From Podarcis vaucheri (lineage: Eukaryota): a stretch of 64,000 nucleotides of DNA. Positions 30,111 to 40,647 of the stretch are shown here, piece by piece (within the stretch, counting starts at the first letter, position 1; each line of letters begins with the position of its first letter). A model generated the notes under the pieces. It saw only the letters and a list, made by a program, of their open reading frames with translations, was not told where the DNA came from and did not search any database. The DNA lies in NCBI GenBank assembly GCA_965113315.1, contig OZ220376.1; one strand, 5' to 3'. The position numbers and the translations under genes were made by a program.

Positions 30111-31177
30111 ATTTTTCGGATAGGTCCCTCCCATATGCTTTAAAATTTCAAACTCCGCAAATAACAGATGTATGGTGTGTATGCAAGCCTCTGGTGTGTT
30201 GCCACTGTGGGAGATTTTCCCTTCTTTTCCTCACCTGTTTTAAGGTCCTTGTTTTTCACGGCTGGACTTTCAATATATATATTCGGGGTGGGGATGGAAA
30301 TTGACCAACAATTAAAGGAAAATTTAAGAGGAAAATCCTCTGAAAAACTAAAAATATTTTTGCTGATACATTTCTGCCAGTTCTTGCTTAAGCAAGGAAG
30401 ATCTGCACCTCTGACTTGAATAAGGAACTGGAAACAGCGAATAAGGAACTCGAACAACAATTTCCCTAAAATTTGACAAGTCTTTCTTTCAAGACAAGTC
30501 TGGGATTCATTATGTTAAACATAAGATAAATGTATACAATGAATAATATTTTAAGCCAGAAGGTTGTCAGTTGCACCCTGAATTCCCTTTCATTCTCATC
30601 TGTTCTTCAGAATAGAGTACCTAGTACCTAGGTTGCTGAAATGTGAAATTAAGATTTTCCTTATTGTTTTTATATCATCATAGCCCCACAGGACTGCCTC
30701 ACCACCCACTCTCAATTAGCTGCCCACAGGAGTGTTACACTGGATTTATTGTGCTTTATATACACTCACATAAACTACATATAAGGTTGAGTAGCGGGAA
30801 ATTTGATCTTGCAAGTACCAAGTGGATGACGAGTTATTTCTGTTTGGTTTAGTACCTGGAGTGAAGCCATAATGCAACTTCATGCTAAGCATGCCATCAT
30901 CTTCCCCAGTCTCTCTGTTTATTCTTAAGAACCAGGAGAACTGGGGCAGCTTAAACCTTCTCATTGAGAATTGTAGAGTTGAAAAGGACCATAAGGGTCA
31001 TCTAGTCCAACCCCCTGCAATGAAGGAATCTTTTACCTAACATGGGGCTGAAACCCACGACCCTGAGTTTTAAGAGTTTCATGCTCTAACACCTGAACTG
31101 TTTTCATATTTATCTGGGTCCTCGTAACAATCAACATCTGCAATAAAATTTAATCATTTTAAATAATGAAACTAATA

Positions 31178-31377
31178 CAGTGGTATCTTGGTTCTCAAAC
31201 TTAATCCATTCTGGAAGTCTGTTTCAAAACCAAAGCATTCCAAAACCAAAGTGCACTGTTCCATAGAAAGCATGTAATGGAAAACAGAAAAAAGTTTGAA
31301 AACCTACTGCGGGTTTTTCAGCGTTTGGGTTCCAAGTTGTTCATGAACTAAGCTATTCAAAAACTAAGGTACCACTG
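31178..31377. mobile_element. Tc1/mariner-type MITE
   Basis: TIRs CAGTGGTATCTTGG / CTAAGGTACCACTG, TA TSD; related to 4318-4520. Confidence 0.75.
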
Positions 31378-31928
31378 TAATTATTTTGATTTCTAGCTCA
31401 TTTAATATTCAACTAATTGTGTAAATGATGTTCACTGATTTTACTAGAATTGAACCTATTTGTGCCTAAGATAGGTAAATTTCAGGTTTGGAATGGAGAA
31501 AACTTGAGAAAAGTTCCAATGATTTTCTAAAATTTGTAATAAACTGTATTTTGTAGTAATTACTGTATTGTTCTGAAAAGGAGAAATAGATAAAATAAAT
31601 GAAATAAGATTTGCCTTCAGTTCTACAGATGCAGATGATTAAAAATACATTACCACAACATGTAGTTTCAGAGTTGAATCCTAATATGCTAGGTCACTAG
31701 GAAAGAACAGGGCTAATGCCACATATTTTTTTCTGAAATACCATATGGAGTTTTCCATTATCTCATCTACTATTTTAAAATCCACCTTGTAATACTTTCC
31801 TTTGCTTTTCCCTGAAGTTACTATGCAATTCAAGAGTGTCAGCATGGTGGAGTTTTTACTTCACAGCTCTTGTTAAATACCTTTTACCAAGACTTTTAAA
31901 ATAGGGTTTACACAATAGGGTTGACATC

Positions 31929-31967
<39 letters not shown>
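31929..31967. repeat. (GT)n microsatellite
   Basis: Direct reading. Confidence 0.9.
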
Positions 31968-31968
<1 letters not shown>

Positions 31969-32478
31969 TCTCCCTTCCATCTCAAGACAAATTGTATATC
32001 AATAAAGTAGAATGGCTCAAAACCCCAGAACAATTGCTTGAAATTTATTCTTTGAGCTAGAAATAAAGTACCCAGTTCCTTTTTTCTTATGCATTTTTGT
32101 ACAGTAACATGTAATACTGTAGTTTTACATTTGGATAGAAGCCCTATATAACAGAAGAGCAAGTGCCTCTTTATTTTAACTTAATACAGTAATGCCTAGA
32201 TTATCTTGTTAATTTTTTTTTGTTGACGCAGGAGTGCTTAACTGAGCGTTAAGAACAGTGAACTGTCAATGTTGTTTACACTGACCAGTTTTAAAGTCAC
32301 TTTCTGTGTTTTGAACAGTACTCTACACTGAAGAGCAGATGGCGCTGTTGCATATCTATTGTCCAACATCCAATTTGAAGAGGTAGAACACCATAGTTAT
32401 ATATATATATATAGTGTATAATGGACTAGGTGGCGTAACTAGATGTAATTGGGGTTGTGTGTGTGTGTTCATCAGGAG

Positions 32479-32799
32479 CAGGGGTCAGCAACCTTTTTCA
32501 GCCGTGGGCCGGTCCACCCTCCCTCAGACCATGTGGTGGGTCAGACTATATTTTGAAAAAAAATATGAACAAATTCCTATGCCCCACAAATAAGCCAGAG
32601 AGGCATTTTAAATAAAAGCACATATTCTACTCATGTAAAAACACCAGGCAGGCCCCACAAATAACCCAGAGATGCATTTTAAATAAAAGGACACAGTCTA
32701 CTCATGTAAAAACACGCTGATTCCTGGACTGTCTGCGGGCCGGATTGAGAAGGCGACTGGGCTGCATTTGGCCTACGGACCTTAAGTTGCCTACCCCTG
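32479..32799 (+). mobile_element. hAT-type MITE (same family as 23156-23410) with internal ~70-bp tandem duplication
   Basis: CAGGGGTCAGCAAC...GTTGCCTACCCCTG termini; 8-bp TSD ATCAGGAG/ATCAAGAG. Confidence 0.85.
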
Positions 32800-35700
32800 A
32801 TCAAGAGTCATAGAGGCTCCTGAATTTGGTTGAGATTATAATGCTAGGAAATTCTCCCACAATTGCTACTTGCCCTATGGAGGGAAACATATAGATGTTG
32901 TATGGATGCCTGTCCATGGAAGACACTGGTTAGATCAGGGGCAGCTTCAAGCCCTGACTGTCCTTTAAAAGCAGGCCAGTTATACACAGTATGAAAAGTG
33001 AGTGATAAGATTTCCAAAGAGGAATATGCCTGGCCTCTTGGTGGCATATAATGTGGCATATAAGCTTCTACCTGGATTTCTCCAACTACTGTACACTGCT
33101 TCTGATTTTTCCACAATTCCAAAGTTCTCAAAGAAGTACTGTACATTTGAAAACTTACTCATAAATAAGAATATTTTAAACAATGCCCATTTCATACAAA
33201 CTCACGACAGAGACAGTTGAAAAACAGGAAATTGGAGTTCAGTTTTCTGTGTTATGCATGTACATAGTTACACTTTTAAAATAGGGTGTCAAAACTGTGC
33301 TCCAGTTCAGGCCTTTCCTGAGAACAAACCCCATGGATTTGATTGAATACTGTACTGTGAATAAACTTGCATAGGACGGCACTGCAAGTGTGTGCTTCCA
33401 GCTACACTTGTGTTGTGGTATGAAAATAATCCAAGCTTGGCATGCCTGAAAGGACAACCACTGTCAAACTTTATACTAACACTTCTCCCCAGTACAAAAA
33501 AAGTATCCAAGACATTTCCATTTTGTTTACAGCATTTACATAAATGATATTCAGTTGGAATCTCTTGGGGAGCAAAGTGTACTTCAGTATAAACCTTTAA
33601 AGGCCAAAATGTAAAAAAGAAGGTGGAGACTGGCAGCCTTGTTAGGAATTGTTTCGCTCTCTGCAGGCCACCGCTGAACCATTTCAAGGTTGTGTGCTTT
33701 TTAAAGTATGCAGATGTCTGCATGTCACACAACAGATATTGTAAAGACCTTTATTTAGCTACCTTTCCTGCCACAGTCAGCAGCAACTACAACAGCGCTT
33801 TAAGGAAAAACAATATTTTAAAAGTGTTCTTCAGAACGGTCTCCTGTAGCTACAATAATTACCCAGTCCAGGTGTGATTTTCAGCAGTAGTCTTCAACCT
33901 TAATTAATCCCAATCGTGTGACATAGGACCCAGTTTATTTTCTGCTTATGTCCATTTTTCTCCTTTTATGTCTGATGTAAGGGACAACTGCATATTCCTG
34001 CATTTGGAGATGATTCTCAGGGTCCCTTCTAACTCAATGATTCTATGATATCCAGATGCAAAGGAGGACAACAGAGTGCCCCACATTGCGTAGGGGCAGC
34101 TTCCCATACAGAGGGAGAAAAGATGAACCTTCCAATATCCAATTTGCCACAAATCTGAAATACATATGCTACTTTGCAATGCTACACTTCCATGTTGTTG
34201 TTTTAAGCTGTACAACAAAAAGAAAGTGGTGGTGATGCTAGCCAAGGTCAGAGAGTTACCCACTTGTGGATCCCGACCTACTATGAGTCTAAGAAAGAAC
34301 TTAGTTATGTTTAATAGAGGAGTGGATGTGAAGAGATGGACAAAATTTTTCATATGTAGTGGGAATGTGACGTGATAGTATGGTTCTGGTGAAAGTTTTA
34401 AAGGAATGTGAGACATTAATTGGACAAACTATAGCAAGATGCGCATTGAGATCTGCTGTCTATTTTTGATGGAAATAGATCATACAAAGAACAATTAATA
34501 TTTTAAGCATGTCTTCAGTTAGCAAGAAACTGAAAAAGCAGGGCTGCCATAGCTACTGAATTGTGGCATCAACAAATCTGCAATATAGCCTTATCAGGAA
34601 AACTGAACAAATATGGGCAATAAAAACTCAAACAGAGCCAAACACCTTTTTTGCAACATTGTAGGATTTTATTTGACTTTATAAGTAAACAAAAGTGATG
34701 ATTAGATTCATTCCCCATCCATACATGGAAATCTCTGGAGGAATACTTTGGGATAATTCTTGTTTTATTTTGCTTTGAACTTACGTTCTCCAACACAGCA
34801 GTGTGACAATGTGCTCCTACATTTACTGTGTCTGTTATAGAAATAGATAGAAGTTTTTAAACAAACAAACCAAAAACTGTTGGATCTACCCCTCACCCAC
34901 CATTTCTAGTTTTCTAGTTCTTGTGAAGCAAAACACTTATATAAACTGCATTCTAATATTAGTTATCCACATAATGGTATAAAAATGAATAATTAACAAG
35001 TGGAGAAGCCCTCTCTGCTGAGGCACTTGCTATGGCTATATGAGGTCCCAGCTGTGAGAGCCATACTGGGAAAGAAATCTACCAGAAGCCCTGAAGAGCT
35101 AGATTGGAGATTCATTGAGCGGATTAGACTGTAAATTTGATTCAGTCCAACATAAATCCTTATATAACATCCCTGCATAGAATATATTAAAATGACAATT
35201 TCATTTTTAGTGGCCCCAATCCAAAAAAGTCACGTGCAAGAAAGTGTGATGTTCAAATAACTAAAGCCTGGCACAGCAGATGGAAAGGCTCATTCCTATT
35301 TACAATACAAAAGAGAATGGACAGTAAAGCACATGCAACATACATGCAGATTTGATGGTTCCTGGCTGTGCTTGTGCCATGGTAGCCAATGAAACATATA
35401 TGACTGTGGCACTACAGTCCTATTTTGAGGACTGGGCTGCCAGCTTGTTATTAAATGGGATACTCGGTGTACATGTACTTTTGGAAATGTGTTAATTGTC
35501 CTTGCTTGGATCTTTGTGGTGCTAAATTAACCTGGGACCTTTAGAGAAGCTCTGGGACAACAGGTGCAAGTTCCTTAAATGAAATGGCCCCAAGGACAAG
35601 GTCCAAACATAGTACTTATTTCACACCAATCCGCAAACTAAAGATAATAACTATCTTGTTTAATCAGCAATTTATTTATTTAAATAATTTTTATCCCTCC

Positions 35701-36240
35701 TCTCATAAAAAGCTCAAGGCAACATTAAACAGCGGACTGCAGATTCAAAGAGATCCTGGTGAACTGCTGCCATCCCTGTTTCTGCATACTTGCTGTAGGA
35801 GTGGAATACCAAGTTCCAGTATTGCATAGGGTGTCGAACTTCAGAATGAGTAAATCTAGGCTGAAATCTCCACTTGGTAAGTTACTGGGTCTAGGACACC
35901 CAAGCTTGTTGGGTGTTCTAGACCCAGTAACTCTCAGCTTAACCTGCTTCACAGAGTTGTGTCAATTAGGGGTGTGTCATTTAGGTTATCCTGAGCTCTT
36001 TGAAGAAACAGAAAGGTAAACATGTAATAAGTAATGATAGTATATCATAGTGTTGCACAGTTGGCTGAGTTGTGAGCCTGAATCTTGATTAATTTCAGGA
36101 TGAATACTGGCTGTTCTCTAAGAAAGAATCACTTCCACTCCTCTGCTTAAAAACAAATCTGGACTATTTTCAATGGCTTAAACAGCTGGCACTTTCAGAC
36201 CTCTGCTTTTAACTTTTTGGATCCTGTTCTCTTCTTTTGG

Positions 36241-36390
36241 ACACTGCTCTCTGTATAAATGCTGATGGAGTCACTGGCCACAAAAACATTGTTGTTTAAG
36301 GACTTCAGCCCTGAAGAGGCAGAGACATACTGGCTCCAGGCTGAGGGACAGAGATCTGACAGAGAGGTGCATAGTTAGCATTTAATATAT
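36241..36390 (+). pseudogene. TTC23: Decayed exon of TTC23 (tetratricopeptide repeat domain 23) pseudogene
   Basis: 36262-36336 reads LMESLATKTLLFKDFSPEEAETYWL vs recalled human TTC23 LRESLEAKVEAFGDFSPEVAETYRL (16/25 identical, ungapped). Correct strand and syntenic position. Pyrimidine tract ends in GG rather than AG at 36239-36240; in-frame TAA 36256-36258 and TAG 36376-36378; donor gtaag at 36391. Confidence 0.8.
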
Positions 36391-39300
36391 GTAAGACATT
36401 AACATGCTCAATTTGCTTAACAACAGAGCTGGCACAGGAACATTTTGCATATAGGTAAGTTACACCTTAATAGAGATTGCTTTGTTGAGCTGAAACAGTT
36501 TTGTAAAATGATATGAGTGAATAATTTAACAGAGCTGCAGAACTGAACTGTGGAATGCTATTGAACTCCCAAGGTTATACAAATTATAATATTTAAGCAC
36601 ACTGTTACTGAAATTCCCCTCATTTAAAATAGGACATTCTCCGATTGCTTCCAGATGAACTGTTTATTAAGCAGGTATCTTGATTTGTTTACACAAAGGG
36701 TTTTCTTTTTTTGGTGGGGCAACTATTTACTGAGTATTCACTCTTATTTGTTTACAGTTCTTATGACACACTTTCTAGGGCATTCCCCCTCACTTTCCTT
36801 ATTGCAAAGAGCCTAGGGTTGCAGAAAAGTGGGTTTGTTGTGCAGGAGTTACAAATCAAATTTAATGACACTACCTGAATTTGCTGGTGACTGAATGCCA
36901 CTCAGAAATAGCAACAGCCTGGACACTCCCTTTACACCAGCTGCTTTATTTACTTATGTAAACAACTAGCTAGTTTAGTTGGTTGCATCTCATCCCAAAT
37001 CTTGTCCCTGATTAGGAAATTAGTTCTGGATTTCTTCAAGTGAAAGTTAATAGTCCTTCGCAATAAGTGTTTGATCAATCCATCAACCTCTGGTGGATGA
37101 TTTAGAAGGATTGGTTCTGGCATCACTTTCACTGTGCATTTTGTGCCAGTATCCATACTCAGCAGAGTTACATCTCAACGCAGCTCCTTCCTTGGAATTG
37201 TCTTCGGGGTTGAAGGTACACACAGTAGGCAATAAACACTCATGGACGCCATAAAGATTCAGTCAAGTGTAGAGGTTTACTTGACAGGCATAAAAGCATA
37301 TTGGTAGCAAATATATACAGACATTCACCACTGCCGTGGTCAAGGCATGCTTAGAGTCCAACAAGGGTCCAAGCCTCTCTCTCTGCTCTCACCGCAAGAT
37401 GCAAGCCAGAGACTCACAACAAATTACACAAGTTACACAGAACCATTGTTATCAGTACTTCCTGTCACATTGTACATGTCCATAGAACAGTTCCCACAGA
37501 AAACATCCTTGCATAGACAAAACAGTCTCAGCCTGCTGCTGCTTCTTGAAACTTCTCTGTTCTTCTCTGTTTCTGAAACAAATGATTCTCTCACACAGAG
37601 AATATCCAAGAAGAAAAACTGACATCAACCAAAGCACTCTTCATCTTTGTTCACCCAAACATAATGGATGTCCTTGGACTTAATTGTTTCCCCACTATTC
37701 CTCCCCTGCTGAAGGACATACCTATTTACATCTACCTATGCCAAAATCCAATACACCTGTTGTTTCTTTGTGGTGGTGGTTGTGTTCAGTTATCAGCTTC
37801 TTCACTAATTCATGGAGATGCTCCAAGGTCACATTCTATTTATTTGTTTGGTGCACCCACAGGTTGGTAGGTAGGGATGGGGAATAAATTCAATTTAGTT
37901 CACATTCAAAGACAAATCTGGTAATTTGCACTTTCCAAAACAAAATGAGACCCAAAATTCATCCATACTCAAAATTAGCACTTCTCTGAGCTTTGCAATG
38001 CAGTTTTTCAGCCAAGTAATATGTACAAAAATGCACAGACTAGGATAAAATGTACATAAAAAAGCAAATGTTAATGAATATAATATACAAAAGTGCAGTA
38101 TGTTTAGGGAGATTGCTTTATAAAGATGCCTATCAGGAGAAATTTGCACTAAAATGCTTATGAATTTTCATGAGGACTTTTCTTTTTTAATGCAAACGTG
38201 TGGAAATGTGGAGAACTGAACGTAAAACTAGAAAATTGAGAAACTGAAATTGACAGATTCATCCATCACTGTTGGTAGAACACACAAGCAGCTGTTCTTA
38301 GGTTTTCTTTTCATCTATTAAGTAAAAAAAAAAAACACCACTTAAATTTTGGGATGAGAAAGTGCACAGCAAACACTCAAAAAGGAACTTCGGTGCTTCA
38401 GTGGAAAACGAGGGCAAGCTAGAACTGGAACAAGAGACCCAGTCAGCTGTATCCTTATTTGGTCCTCTCATCTTTTATGCTGTCATTCCAAACAACAGAG
38501 CTGACAACTAACAAAAGGATATTTACTTGGTTAGTCTTCTGCCTTATTTGAATTTAAATGAAGTTACATATTACGATAACTTCTATAAAGGTGCCTTCTT
38601 GAGATACTGTATCTTTAGCCATGTGATGCCGTAGCAGTACTGAAGATGAGCAGATCTGGATTTGGCCAGAGCCTGGATGCGAGGCCTCCTGGGAACCCTG
38701 CATACTCTGCTGCAAGCTTCATGGAGAAATGTCACAACTGAAGCTTGGGGTGTGTGTGTGTGTGTACTGCACTAAACACTGGTATTTGTCAGGAAACTAC
38801 AGGATTGATCTGGATTATGGCTAATGTGTGAATGTGTCTTAAAAAATTAGCAGTGGGAGTGCACTGGATGCAGAATAAGCAGTAATGTGAACATACCCTG
38901 AGCTACAGTGGTGCAGGGCAGGAGGATGTAATTGCCTTGAGGTTTTCTGAATATTTAGCTTTACAACTATTAGTTACTGCGTTCCTTTCTAAACCTTGTG
39001 ACAAAAGAGAGTGTGAAGCTCACAAGGCAGTTTGCCCAAAGCAGAGTAAACTCTCTTGCCCATGAAGCCTTTTAAAGTATTACAGCTGTCCCTGGAACTC
39101 CTTGTCAAAGTTTGTTGTTCTGCAGCTAGCATGCCTATTTTTATATTCCCCTCCTGGGCTCACATCCTGAAATCTCTGCAACATGCTGAAGTCTATGGGG
39201 ATTATTAGTGGCATATGTATTTTCAGGGTAAGAACTCCCATGGACATGGAATAGGAGAATTCTGATAAACTTTCAGATAAGTCATTCTGATTTTTCAAAC

Positions 39301-40265
39301 TATATACCCCCCTCCAGTTTCCTTTCTATTACTTTGTTTAAAAGAAATTGGAGGGAGAGGGAAAGGAATTGGTTTATCATGTCATTTTATGACCTAACAT
39401 TAGGGTTATGCTGCCCCAACCAAATTTTGGTTGATTAGAGTGCTGATTAAAAGTCCAGAATTATTGGTTAATTCTTTCTTAGTGGAAGCCAAGGATAGTA
39501 AGAAATCTTATGTTTCCAAATAAGAGACACCCATCAGAACTTGGGGAAGCACTTTCTCCCCACCACCACCCTGCCTCTTAGAGAGAGAGCGCTAAGAAAA
39601 GTAGCTGTGTGTATGTGTGTGAGAGAGAAATTTCTGAAGCATTTTTGCCAGAAAAAGGCAAACAGCAAGGTTGTGGACTGGTTGAAAGCACCCTTGAGGG
39701 TGCAAGCGCTCTCTGGATAACTGATAGAGCAGGTGTCACCAAAGTTGCACCTGTAGGCACAACAGTGCATTTGAGATTCCCCCCAGCTGCCCACAAAGCC
39801 GCAGCCCACAAAACTGGAAGGAAGAGACCAGAGGGAGTGGCACCCACGGTACTTACTTAAAAATCCAAATGTGCCCACAGGTCTAAAGAGGTTGGTGAGC
39901 CCAAGACATAGAAAATTTGCTGCCTTGTAGAGGTGCTTCTTTGTTCTAAAAAGAACTCTGATGGATCAGACCAAAGTTAGTCCAGCAGCATCTTTCCAAT
40001 AATGGCCAGCCAGGTGCCTCCAGGAAATACACCAGCAGGCCTTGAAAGCAACAGCCCCCTGTTGCTCCCCAATGGCAGGAAGGGCAAGGTGTACTACCTC
40101 TGAATCTGGAGGTTCTTTATAGATTCCCATGACATATATACAGGCATTGATAGATAAAACTTGGGGCCATCACCCCAGTCTTATGGCAGCAAGTTCCACA
40201 AATTATTATTTATACAAGTGTACTTATATACTAACGTAAAATATATACTTATATATGTACTTATA

Positions 40266-40647
40266 GGGAGTGGGTGGCGCTGTGGTCTAAACCACTGAGC
40301 CTCTTGGGCTTGTTGATCAGAAGGTCGGTGGTTCAAATCCCCACAACGGGGTGAGTTCCCACTGCTTTGTCCCAGCTTCTGCCAACCTAACAGTTTGAAA
40401 GCACATCTGTGCAAGTAGATAAATAGGTACCACTGCAGCAGGAAGGTAAACAGTATTTCTGTGCTCTCTGGCTTCCATCACGGTGTTCTGTTGCACCAGA
40501 AGCGGTTTAGTCATGCTGGCCACATGACCCAGAAAGCTGTCTGTGGACAAATGCCAGCTCCATCAGCCTGAAACAAGATGAGCGCCGCATCTCATAGTTG
40601 CCTTTCACTGAACTTAACCATCTGGGGTCCTTTACCTTTTTACCTTT
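40266..40647 (+). mobile_element. Full-length Sauria SINE (Squam1-type)
   Basis: tRNA-like head GGGTGGCGCTGTGGTCTAAACC...GGTTCAAATCC, body GTGCAAGTAGATAAATAGGTACC, tail (ACCTTT)n. Confidence 0.9.

Noticed and set aside
40266-40345. tRNA-like A/B boxes here and at ~800-863, 48545-48590 and 57910-57980
   Set aside because: SINE heads, not tRNA genes; no full cloverleaf, and followed by SINE bodies.
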